DNA from: Ostrea edulis
Taxonomy: Eukaryota
NCBI RefSeq assembly: GCF_947568905.1
Contig: NC_079164.1
Coordinates: 15,562,001-15,626,000 of the forward strand
Direction of reading: 5' to 3'
Length of the DNA: 64,000 nucleotides
Positions 51,901 to 64,000 of the stretch are shown here, piece by piece (the first letter of the stretch is position 1; the number at the start of each line of letters is the position of its first letter). The position numbers and the translations under genes were made by a program. Below the pieces are notes generated by a model. The model was not told the DNA's origin, ran no database searches, and was given only the letters and a program-made list of their open reading frames with translations.

Positions 51901-54900
51901 TAGGTTTTTTTTTTTTTGGAATGTCATGATTTTTTTTTATATTTTCTTTTAAAATAAGGAGATTTTTTTTATTTTTCAAGGGAACCAAAAAAATAAAATA
52001 AAAAATAAATAAATATAGAAATAATGAAATTTTAAATTGCTGAAAAAAAATGATCGGGTAGGAGCATATTTGATGGGTCGGTCGGAGTACATCAAACAAA
52101 TCCATTTTTATTTTTGGCCTTAGAGAACAGGAATTCAAGGTGTTTAGATTTGACTCAAACACTATATTCAACACATATAAGGACCTCTCAATAATGCCCA
52201 TGTGTGAACTATTTTAGTGTGTGTACTAAGTGGCAAACTATCAAGTATTCATCTAACATTCTATATTAGGTAATCAACTTGAATAATTCCTACAGACTTT
52301 GGCAAGTTTCATCAACTATCACAACAATTTACCAACTAATAAAACAATCTTTGAAACATCTTTAGTCAGAGTTACATGTGCCTTCACTCTGTCTTCCTCA
52401 TTAGATAGAACATGAACTGCAGTGTCTCACTAATCACTGTTCACACTGTGAAGTCTATCAGGGAAGTTTTAAGGTACATATATGTATTTCATGATGTCCA
52501 TTTATTTATAAGACTTCGTTTTTTTGAGCGTAAGTGACTGAATATAATCAATTAAAACGTTGATATTTTTGTAAAACTGCACATAATTGACATAGATCTA
52601 AACAAAAGTTTTTTTTAAGTAACTTAACTTGACCTTGATGATTCTGACTCACGAATACTCGTAAATAAATATGATTTTACAGTCACTTTTGTTACCTTGA
52701 TGATCCTGACACATGGATAAAATACCTGTGACTAAATTTGATTTTACTACAATTTATTGTCAACCTGTAGTAATAACTTTTGTAAAATAAGAGCGACTCA
52801 GGTGACCTAAACATACTGAATAATACTGATTTTAAAGAACTTAAGGTTACCTTGATGGTCCTTTCTTCTTCTCCTCCAACAAACTCTTCTCCAGAATCTC
52901 CCGTTTCACGCCATCTGTCTCCTTGTAATATTTAAAGTTCATCACGTCACGTGCAAACGCTGCCATTGGCTGGATGTGGCGGGCAATGATTTCATCCAAG
53001 TCTTCAAATTCCTTGAAAAACATGATACAAATAGTCAACTATCCAAATGAACATTCATTGGATCCTGTAACTTTCTTAATAACACTCAGCTAGTCCATTA
53101 TCAAGAACAGAATTTGTTAAGTTATTACTACATGTATTTGATGCTGAATTGACAGGTAATTATTGGTGAGCTGAAAATGTTTGTTTTTTGGAGGGATGAG
53201 ACCCCCCCGTAAAAGGAATGTTTTAGTAGCTCTGGTTTGGATTTCTCAAAAACAAATAAGTCAAAACTTGGTCTGGGATTTTACTCAAATTTTGATTGCT
53301 CTAAAAAAAACCTCAAACTTAAGTTTGAAATTTTTGTTGTTGAAAAATCCAAGCCTGATTTTTCAAATTACTCAACAATGATTCAGTTTCCCTGATCCTG
53401 TCAACTGGTGTTTTTTTAAAAATATAGAATAAGAATCCTCAGCATCATTCACTGTAGAAGAAACCTTTAACAAATTATGAAATGGACACACAAATGGAGG
53501 GAGGGGGCATGCATTGCTACTAGCCATTGATTGGGTACTCCAGATTTTAAACATTATTTGATTTGGTACATGATCCTTATAGAGTGATTCAGTATCTCTG
53601 ACATATAAAGAACTCAACATTGATTGGATACCTCATACTCTGTAAATTACTCAACTCTGACTGAAAAATTACTCAACTCTGACCTAAAAATTACTCAACT
53701 CCGACCTAAAAATTACTCAACTCTGACCGAAAAATTACTCTACTCCGACCTAAAAATTACTCAGTTGTTTAGTATCTCGGACTTTTAAATTACTCCACAG
53801 CGATTTAGTACTTCTGACCCTATAAAGTACTTCACATTGATTTGTTACCTCTGATCCTATGATAAGGGAGGTGCCCAAACTAAAGGCATTTTCTTTCCCC
53901 TCCTCCTTGACATCGATGTGCTGCATAATGCCATCAGCTACCTTCCATGTCACAGTCAGGTGATCTGACCCCTGTAAATAAATTAAAAGGTCAATATCAA
54001 GAACGAATAATGTATATGTCACAGTCAGGTGATCTGACCCCTGTAAATAAATTAAAAAGTCAATATCAAGAACGGATAATGTATATGTCATGGAGATATT
54101 AGTAATATAATATTGTCCTGTACCGACAGTTTTACAGATCACCGCTGATGGCGTTGTGTATATAACATCTACATAAACACACCACTAACAGCCACAGATA
54201 GTTTACAGTGAGGAATGGTGTGTATATAACATCTACATAAACACACCACTAACAGCCACAGATAGTTTACAGTGAGGAATTGTGTGTATATAACATCTAC
54301 ATAAACACACCACTAACAGCCACAGATAGTTTACAGTGAGGAATGGTGTGTATATAACATCTACATAAACACACCACTAACAGCCACAGATAGTTTACAG
54401 TGAGGAATTGTGTGTATATAACATCTACATAAACACACCACTAACAGCCACAGATAGTTTACAGTGAGGAATGGTGTGTATATAACATCTACATAAACAC
54501 ACCACTAACAGCCACAGATAGTTTATAGTGAGGAATGGTGTTCCACCTGTTAAAGGGTAACAAAGATATCTTCATTTTGTCAGGGGTGGGGGTATGGTTA
54601 ATCCTGACCCAGGGCTGACACTGTCAGAACAGTGACAATTTGTCTAATCCGTACATCTTACAATCCAAAATGTTTGTGCACAGTGCACATATTTCCACAG
54701 TCCTTTAGATTCTATTGTAAATACAAATACTGTGGACAAATCACAGTGTGCAGCACCAAACATTGAAGATTTAAATCTGCGTGGTGACAAAGAAAAACAG
54801 ATTTACTAAGTGCATTCATTGCTATAGCAATATCACACATCCTTTGTCAAATTAACAAGTGCCCTGAACTTCCTTTGGGAATACACATGGATCATGCACA

Positions 54901-57900
54901 TTGGTGTGTATCCGGGGTGTATTTAGGTGTATGCACATTGATGTGTATCGGGGGTGTATTTAGGTGTATGCACATCGATGTGTATCTGGGGGTGTATTTA
55001 GGTGTATGCACATTGGTGTGTATCTGGGGCGTATTTAGGTGTATGCACATCGGTGTGTATCCAGGGGTGTATTTAGATATATACTTGAACTCCCAAGTGT
55101 CCACATCAACATAACAACTGACATGTGCACAGCAATCTGCCCCTCCTTCTGTGAGGGGACTGTGTACGAGGATTGATCCCTGAGTTTGTGGACTTTTTTT
55201 TATCTTATTGTGATGAATCGTAAAATATACATAGTTATGAACTAGAGACTTTACCTAATATGACTAGAATTTTTTTATATAACTTTATGATAAAATTTAA
55301 AGTCAGACAAGCTGTTTGAAAATGGTATATTGCACAATCTGGGGGAGTCGTTGACATGACATAAACATTGTGTCACATTTGGCTGCTTTGTTATGAAAAC
55401 TCAATAGAACACTAGACTCTCTTCACCATCTCTGTCTAAATTAGGATGCAGCCTAAGCACTCATTCTTTTCTGAACAAATTTTAAAATGCAATTACATGA
55501 GCTCCCAATTTCTGCAACAATTTCCCACAAAATGTGCCTGCGGTCTACATCCATTAATATCCCAACTCTTTCAGCATACAAAATATTAAGAACAAACAAA
55601 AAAATCTACCTCGATTTTCAAAACATCTGTTTCTATGGCACTGTCAAAGTGGTACTGTCCAAAGTTCATCAAAAACATTTTATACATAAATTCAAAGTAG
55701 GTTCAATATTACTATGTATAATTTTGAATTATATTTCAAAATAAAAAAGTTATAAAGGATTATTCCACGAATGTTTGCATCACCTTCACACTAGTTTTAC
55801 TGTACTAATACAGTTACTCTATGACCACTCTCATAAACCTGATACTAGTAATATTGAGTACTGGCTGTTATTCATGACCTAATTTTCTTGTTTATACAAT
55901 TAATTTACTTATTATTATCCATTGAAATCAGCCAAAAATAATGAAAAAGAAAACTAAGAACAATTAATATATATCCATTAAAATGATAATTTTATAGATT
56001 CAACTAGTATATTGTATCCCTTAGTATAATTTTATAAATTAGTAGTATATGGTATTCCTTAGTAAGTTGTGGAATGCTCCTTCTAGATTAAGAGCTTATA
56101 TCAATTGACCACCAGTTCTTGTAGCTATTTTCACATTAAGATATTTATCTTACAGCCCAGTGGTTATGATTAAAAGGCCATAATACAAACACAGCTGGTG
56201 GAGAAAAATTCCACCAAATATAAACATCAAAAGGAATGCAGTTATAAACAAATCTCTCTCTATAGTGAGCATTGGGGGAAGGGTTTGTTTGTGTGTGTGT
56301 CAAATGCAAGAATCTTGTACAACACACATATTTACAACCAAGTCAGATAACTTACCTGAAGGTTCCACTTGAGTGAACACTTGAACGGATGTGTTTTTAA
56401 AAAATCAGCGACCTCTATGAAAGATCTGGGTTAGTTTACAATTTTTCTGAGGCTACAGAAGCTCTGAGGCAGTGTGTTTACGCCTCTATGTGACAAGATA
56501 AGCAGAGATTCTGAATGTAAACAACGCCCTACTGGTAAAAAACTTTCTCCTGGCTTACCGGGACAAAACACATGGTGAGTAACCCATTCATTTTAACTAC
56601 ATGACGGTCAATTTTACTGTTGTTCTTTCTGCAGCTTGTTCATTTTCTCCATTCTCAATGCTTTTGTTTGTCCCCCCCCCCCCTATTTAAAAACCAATGC
56701 TGCCATAGATCACATTACATGTTGACAAGTGATGTATGCTTTGATATGCTACACAATCTACAACATGACTAATCTTGTGCATCCCAAAGTGAAACTAGAC
56801 AAAATCATTGTGACATACAGTTCATTTGAAGTGAGAACTATGCTGACTGTGTTTATTCCTGTATCCACAGCCTCATGATGCAACTTCATGCATCTCAGTA
56901 GATCTAAATCAAAACATCATATAGGTCTTGTTTTTGCTCCTGCAATCAAGTTTCCTATAAAATACTACAGACAGAGGCACCTGATTAAATGTATAAACTA
57001 GTGGCTCTCTAGCTGGCATTGACTAGCCTGTACAACATCTCGGGATATTTATTAATGTACCAGTAGAATAACTTTATACAGACTGAGACAATATCATGCA
57101 TAAGCTTATTGTTTATTTTTTATTCCAGAAAGATGGCCAACTGCAGACAATGGACACTGATGACTGTTGTGCTCCTTATTGAGGCAGTAGACCTTGCCTG
57201 TGACTGGTTTTTCTTCACAAAGATCCATCAAACTGATGATGACTACATCACAGAAAACAGCCACATCCCCTGGCTTGCCCTGGCCTTCTGCGTTCTGGGC
57301 ACGCTGACCGTCCTCTTTGAATCCATCAACCTCGGATTTGAAGTGTTCACTGACCGCGGCCCATTTCTCTATGCTGATACTGTCTCCATGGCAACCACAT
57401 GGGTGGAGGATGTGCCCCAGATCTGCCTGGCCCTGTTGGTGGCCATACATCAGAAGAGCCTCATCCACTGGATCCAATTTGTTAAGGTTGCCTGGGCCCT
57501 GGTGGAGCTGATTTTCCGTGGGGTGGGTCAGTGTCTATATTGCTGTGTGATTTCAGAGAGACACAATAAGGCCGTTAATTACTTTATAGCTGTGTTAAAG
57601 TTCCTTGCTCAGGCGGCTATTCTCGGGTGTTCTATAGGTATATTTGTACACATAGTGAAATGACAGATGAGAGGAGTAATGATTCTGTTTGACATGCTGC
57701 CTCTGGAACACGTCTGTTGTATGTTGGGTGGTGATGTGAATGACATGTCAGTGAATACACACTATGTCCACCATGCTCTGTTCAATCTATTTACGCATCC
57801 GCATTAACTTCCAATATATTTGTATGTTTATCTATATTCAGCTGTACAGTGTTTGTAACAGGTGTTGTATACATGTTTATATCAATTATTCCAAAGTACA

Positions 57901-60900
57901 GTGGTAAGTCTCCCATTTCATGAATGCAGCCATAATATATAAATATGATCAGGGCTATCCCTTATATCCTTTCCACAACCATAGAGTAAAAATGCATAAT
58001 GGCCAAAAACAGAGAAAGTAACCCCCTGCGTTGGGCCCCAGGGGAGGATATTATAACATATTTGGAATAGTACAGAAGGGAAATTTGCATATTATTATTT
58101 GTTAAAATTACAAATGTCTGCTTTAAAGAAGTCTTCGTGCATACGTCTTGTCAGAGTGACCCCAGCGCCATGGCCTTTGGACACTAAAGGACCGATCCCA
58201 ATGCTCATTCTGTAGGATATTAAACATACTTTTCCTTGATGCAGAGTGTGTATTGATCCAGTGGTTCATATTTTTGGGGGATTTATTTTTCTACTCACCC
58301 CCCTTTAGCGGAAAATTCTTCAAAATCTCTGGCTGTTAAAAAGGATATTTGAAATAGATAATACCATAATATCGTATTAAGTAGTAGGAAATCTGGGTTA
58401 CCTACACTATTCATGTCACAAACTGAAAGTGATAGTAGTCAGGAACTCGAGTCTGAATTGACAGTACAGCATAACAATGATAAAGCTAATTCCCGAACAC
58501 ACACTGTACAACTGTACTAAAGTTTGAACATGTTGACACACACACACTGTACAACTGTACTAAAGTTTGAACATGTTGACACACACTGTACAACTGTGCT
58601 AAAGTTTGAACATGTTGACACACACTGTACAACTGTGCTAAAGTTTGAACATGTTGAAAGTATTTTAAGGCTTTTAAAGATAGTATAGAGTTTCAAGGCA
58701 TTGATAATTGACTATTCACAAGACAGATCTCAGTTTCATAAATCAAGGAATGTCCAGTCAGGCGGACTAATCACCTCAAGAATACCGTTAACAATTTTTG
58801 CTGATTCTACAAACTCGAGTATAGCTTTCATTAAAGTGATGACTACAATTGTTTATCATTTACAATAAATACACTATGTCTATCTGTTTTAATTTACTTT
58901 TTGCACAGACACCATACAGTTCAGTAGTTAGTAGCTGCAGAACTGTAGCTCTCTGAGAAAATATTGGGACAGATCAGATCTAAGTCGTGTCAAATATGAT
59001 GGGTGTTGTAAGTTTTACTGTTCATCATTGTGAATAACAATGTTCAATGCCTTTGGGTTTTGGCACCCTCGAGCAACAAAATATCAGTGTTGCCCAGTCT
59101 TACATATTGGACAAGAACTAAGTTGGGTTTCCAAGACTAAATATGACAACTGTCATTTATGGACCTGAAGTTTAACAGTCTTGAATTTCTCTGAAATTCA
59201 GTACTGATGATTTCAATGTTGAATTTCAACACAAGTAGTCAGACAAAACTGATGTCTCCCCTTCCATTTTCCATAGTTTTTGTAAAAAAAAACCTTTTTA
59301 AGGGATCATCTTTAGAATGGAAAATCAAGACTGACAGTACGTAACATTTGCCTGTATGTATATAAGCTTCAAACAAGGAAAAGTGTTGTGAACATATGAT
59401 AGTAAATTAAACTTACCAACATACTAAATATCAAAGGCTTATGTCAAAAGACAAAGTTATGATCCGGACCACAAAAATGCCAAAAAAATTTCTATTATTT
59501 GACCTTTACATTAAAGGTAAAAGTCAATGGTATTCTATGTATAACGACCATTTTTCACATCTAGTAAATGCATGGTGGGATTTTTGTAATCATGATATCA
59601 TTTTGAAAGGTTCATCAAATAAAAATAATCCATCATAGGAATTTTTTACATTTTGATTGCCGCTTGATTTACATTGAAGTCTATAGGAAGAACATGTTTT
59701 ATTTAAATATTTTTAAAAGAGATTATATTTTCATACAAATCTCTTGGTAGAAAGTTACATTCATTCTTTTTCTTTATAAAAACATCAAATAAAATTAATC
59801 ATTTACCGCACACATTTTAAGAAAATTAGATTTTTCTTAATTTTACAAAAAAGTAGATCTACTTTTCAAAAAAGTCTCAAGTGCGAACAGGTCAGCTTCT
59901 AATCATTTACCAGTCATGTGAATTTCATCTACTTCATTTTCATCATTATTTAACAATGAACATTTATTTTGATTTAAATCCTTCAAAATTGTTCATTATC
60001 CTTTTGTTATACATTGAATACATGTACCTTATAAATGTGGTGAAATGACTCCGATGTCAAATCGTGTGAACATGAATTCACATGTAGTCTGTTAATCAAG
60101 AGTTCTTATACTGTATATACTCGCCTATAAGTCGGATTTTAGGGAGCTAAATATTGGTCCAAAACTATATATCCGACTTAAAGGCGAATACTAAGAAGAT
60201 TAGCATTTTCCTGGACAGCGTAATGTATACCGTAGTATTTTTGAACAACTTTGTACGCCGACGATTATCATGATTAACGTTGACTGGACATATTATATTA
60301 TTCATGTATTCTAGGATTATATGCATAAAGTACAAGTATTTATATATTTTAATGATTTAATTCATCTTAAGTGTATATTATTGAAATTGATTTGTTAATC
60401 AAATGAATAAATATCAGCGCATTTCACAAAATATTATTTGAAACAGAGGTGAAAATGTTAGAGCATTGGTTTGAAATTGTCAACCGGTTCTTGAAAAAAG
60501 TTATACCAACTTATAAGCGGGTCAATGGCAAATCCCTCCAAAATAGTCTACAAAATATACAACCGACTTATAGGCGAACCGACCTATAGGCGAGTATATA
60601 CGGTATGTATTTTAAAACAGAAAAATAAGACCCAATAATTTTATTTCACGAGTAACCCCTCTCTCGTGAAATTAAGTAATAATAAATTCCTCGCATATAT
60701 ATTTAGGAATGTACAGCATTTTTGCTTGAAGAAAATGTCTAGAAAATATATTGTATAATGTTGTACAGAGTAAATTGAAGATTCTTAACTAAAATCACAT
60801 CTCAAATGTATAACAGTAACTCTGGCTCTAGAATTCAAACTTTCATTGAATTCTCTGAAGTTCAGTAATTTCTACACTGAAATAGTCAAAACTGAAGAAA

Positions 60901-62989
60901 AATGCACAAGCAATATTCACACGGCAATATATTCACTTGTGTAGTATAATAAGAGGAGGGATTACCATCCAGATAAAGCATTCTTTGATAAATAAAAAAA
61001 AAACACCAAACAAACCTATAACAGTTTTCTTTTGACACTTTTTCTAATATTAGAGAGTATTGATAAAATGTTAGTTTTAAGATGGCTTTTTAATTTAAAC
61101 ATATTTTATTGAGAAACTCAACAGGATTGGGCAACAGGCATAGCCTATGTAGGCCCTCTCCCAAGATGGCTTTGTTGAATATCAAATTCCATCAAGATTT
61201 CTATCTAATAAAGTATAAATTGAGAAGCAAAGTCATCAAAATATACTTGGCATCAACATCAAGGGGAACATGTACACCCAAGTCTGATTACCCTTGCCTT
61301 AATAGTACTGTTTTTCATTCACATTTACCCATGAAAGTTTGACCTAGCTGTATTTCTCAATAAAATCTCAAACTAAGTTTGAGTTTTCTTTTATCTGAAC
61401 AGTCAAAATTTGAGTAAAATCCCAGACTCGAGTCCAAGTTTCAACTTATTCTTATTTTTGGGGGTGGGATCCAGATCTGGACCTTTGACCTTGAAAGAAA
61501 AAGGCATCTTACTCTCACCAAGGGAAACATGTGTAGTGATTATTCTAGCCTTACGAGTACTGCTTCTATCTTGATTTGTGACCATAAAATTACCCATGTA
61601 AGTTGACCTTGACAAACAATAAGATTCCTCCTCTAGTCATTTGGAATATCTGTACAAAGTTTGATGATCCTAGTCTTACAAGAACTGTTTTTATCTGACC
61701 ACAAGGTGCTGACAGATGGACAGAGATACACACTGCACCATACCATTACACGACCAATCTATGACAGGCATATAAAAATAATGGAAATTACGTTTTCCCC
61801 AAAACTGATTCCCTTCTAAATCATGGCATTACAAAGTCGTAGATTTATTAGCATTTCCTTAAAAATTGCCAGAAACATCAACATTTCAATCAGTCATTTA
61901 AACAGACACCAGGGACATAGATAAAAACTAAGTTCATTTGTAACATTCAGATATAAAATTTTACCATGACCGACACATATGGTCCATATTTTCTAAAGCC
62001 AAATAAAGCTTGGAAACAGCTGCAATTTTTGGTAGTTTTAAAGAAAATGGTGAGAAACATGTGTCTGTGAGTCAAACAATTTCATAATATATGATTAGAA
62101 TGATCATTAGTTTTGCATACATCTTACCTATTTAACAATAAATTTAATCATATAGGTTTTTTTAATTTATGGACTCTTAAATTACCATCAGAAATAAGGC
62201 AAAATTGGACAATTCATGAACCTAGTCCAAATTTATACAAACATATCCTTTTTTTATTCATATGCTTCAAACTTCAAAATTTTTTTTGAAAGGGATACTT
62301 TTTACAAAATATTTCAGTATCCATTCTATGTGAAACTTTACACTACACATACGCACTGTCATGCATGTTTAGTTGAGAAGACCCCAGTTCTACACAACAC
62401 ACTGGGATTCTTCAATCTGTAAATAACAGCCCAATGAAGGAAAACTAAACTCTTCAAATCATCAGAACACACATACACAGAAATAACATACAAGATTCCT
62501 TCTCTTCCTACGACTGAAGATTACCACAAGAATGTCTAAAAGCAAAGGCAATAAAACACACTTTCCAGAAAAATTATTACAAACTGAATCATGGATATTC
62601 CAAATTTAAATGGCACAATTTACCAATGCCAACACAAGTGGTAGACCAAGATGCCTTGCTTCATGGCAAATATGTTTGAGTGTGAAAGAGGGCACACTTT
62701 ATTTTTCTATCTACAAGGTAAAGTACATATTTTTACCATACTGACTTCAAACTATGTCACATTCACCTTGGAATTGTAAGATGTTTTGTCGAGAATTGTG
62801 TTTTAAGTAACAGTAAATCTGTCACTTCATCGGTTGTGAGATTAAAACTCATCAATATTCATTACATGCCTTGTCTTGGAACCAAACCTTTATCTTCAGA
62901 ATATATTAAGTGACATCTCCTTTCCCAAATTGTCCATGGTACAATAATGTCATTAGTCTTTCTCAGTTAAGATTTTAAAAACTGGATTA

Positions 62990-63023
<34 letters not shown>

Positions 63024-64000
63024 CATTGCCTTTGTTCCAATAAAACAACAGAACAAATCTATTGTTCTGCATGAAGGACACAGCACAAAACATAATCCAT
63101 TGATAAAAGTAGAAAATCGAATAACAAAGCCCTACCTTGCTGCTGGGTCGAATGATGGCCTCTCCTTGATCCATACTCTCCAGTAATTTCTCACACTCCC
63201 TATATCCCACATTGTGAAAAGAAGGATGAGCGATGACTCTTTTCACATAAGCTATCAAAAAACAAAAAATCGGAAAAATTAATGGTAAAATGAAGTTCAA
63301 CAACCAAGTCTTTTGAATATATACATAAAGTAAAACATTACAATCGATGAGAAATTTTTTTTGGTTTTATTTCAAAAGTATTTCTCTACAGCCTTTTCTA
63401 AATCAGCTAACAGTTTTCAATGGATAGTAAAATGATTCACCTTCCCTGATCAGCTGACAGGTTTCTATAGATAGTAACCGATTTACATACTTGTAACACA
63501 TTAATGACCTACTATTCCTGATCATATGACCATGTTCTATAAATAGTAACATGACTAATACTTCTGGTCACTTGACAGTTCTATAAATAGTAACATGACT
63601 AATACTTCTGGTTACTTGATGGTTCTATAAATAGTAACATGACCTACATTGTCTGGCTTTATGTTTCACTTTCTCTTCCTCCTTTTCTCTGTCTTTATCC
63701 TCTTGGTCTTGGTCGTAGTATAGGTCTTTGGGAGGCCTACAGAAAAGAGAGATTTATCCACAGAATCTTCATAAAATGCAGTAACTAGTCCATCTCTCAT
63801 CAAGGCTGCAGGAAACAATGTGTTGAACTTTTAAAATAGCATTTAATTCATGGAAAGTTAACTTTTGTACACAAACAGAGAGAGAAAACGATTAATTTCA
63901 TGTTGCCTCCTTCTGTAAACAAGGGGCTTAAAACAAATGCTTGTCGACTGCTGAGGCAGCTTACCTCCAGTGGTTGTCTGTGTCCATGAGATCTGATGAT
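48955..64000 (-). CDS. SUPT6H: Transcription elongation factor SPT6, 3' part (end of S1, tandem SH2, TP-rich tail)
   Basis: Exons 63965-64000+, 63648-63736, 63136-63251, 53849-53971, 52851-53011, 51529-51719, 51082-51150, 50687-50853, 49472-49631, 48955-49184. Motifs [58 protein letters not shown] and GDSTPLFDE match Spt6. Confidence 0.98.
51831..52121. mobile_element. MITE with long imperfect TIRs in a SUPT6H intron
   Basis: TAGGCCA...TTTGTTTGATGTACTCCGACC versus GGTCGGAGTACATCAAACAAA...TGGCCTTA. Confidence 0.75.
53640..53765. repeat. ~23-bp tandem repeat (AAAATTACTCAACTCTGACCTAA)
   Basis: About 5 units read directly. Confidence 0.85.
54155..54540. repeat. ~63-bp tandem repeat x6
   Basis: GTGTATATAACATCTACATAAACACACCACTAACAGCCACAGATAGTTTACAGTGAGGAAT repeated. 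Confidence 0.95.
54895..55078. repeat. ~39-bp tandem repeat x4-5
   Basis: GGTGTATTTAGGTGTATGCACATTGGTGTGTATC repeated. Confidence 0.9.
57133..57663 (+). CDS. Small multi-pass membrane protein (176 aa), paralog of 33883-34422, nested antisense in a SUPT6H intron
   Basis: Acceptor ttattccag|AAAGATG, then the ORF MANCRQW...WVEDVPQI...IFVHIVK. A candidate 5' exon donor ATG|gtgagt lies at 56574. Confidence 0.92.
   Translation: MANCRQWTLMTVVLLIEAVDLACDWFFFTKIHQTDDDYITENSHIPWLALAFCVLGTLTVLFESINLGFEVFTDRGPFLYADTVSMATTWVEDVPQICLALLVAIHQKSLIHWIQFVKVAWALVELIFRGVGQCLYCCVISERHNKAVNYFIAVLKFLAQAAILGCSIGIFVHIVK
58497..58637. repeat. ~38-bp tandem repeat x4
   Basis: CACACTGTACAACTGTrCTAAAGTTTGAACATGTTGA repeated. 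Confidence 0.9.
60111..60603. mobile_element. Tc1/mariner (pogo/Tigger-like) MITE
   Basis: ta|CTGTATATACTCGCCTATAAGTCG ... CGACCTATAGGCGAGTATATACGG|ta (TA TSD). Confidence 0.85.

Noticed and set aside
23507-64000. Functional clustering of two Pol II genes (POLR2J and SUPT6H)
   Set aside because: They are about 20 kb apart with unrelated genes between them, and linkage alone is no evidence of co-regulation.

Overview
This is AT-rich, repeat-laden eukaryotic genomic DNA. The repeat families suggest a bivalve mollusc, probably an oyster (inference). Six spliced or near-intronless genes could be assembled by hand with GT-AG junctions and consistent phases. (1) A minus-strand type II membrane gene (19387 to beyond position 1) joins a PKDCC/VLK-like kinase domain in frame to a second FAM20/FAM198-like kinase domain. 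Both domains look catalytically degenerate, and the second contains a duplicated, probably mutually exclusive exon pair (3457-3633 and 551-733). (2) POLR2J/RPB11 (+, 23507-29102). (3, 4) Two paralogous ~177-aa multi-pass membrane proteins (33883-34422 minus; 57133-57663 plus), the second nested antisense in a SUPT6H intron. (5) A C16orf89/UPF0764 homolog (minus, 38085-44782). (6) The 3' part of SUPT6H/SPT6 (minus, 48955 to beyond 64000). Introns hold large satellites, several of them built from splice-site sequence, plus MITEs, Helentron-like satellite-carrying elements, SINE-like copies, a Penelope-like RT fragment and a 5S-rRNA-derived segment. No CRISPR array, tRNA or intact rRNA gene was seen. 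All family assignments come from motif recognition by eye; no database search was run.
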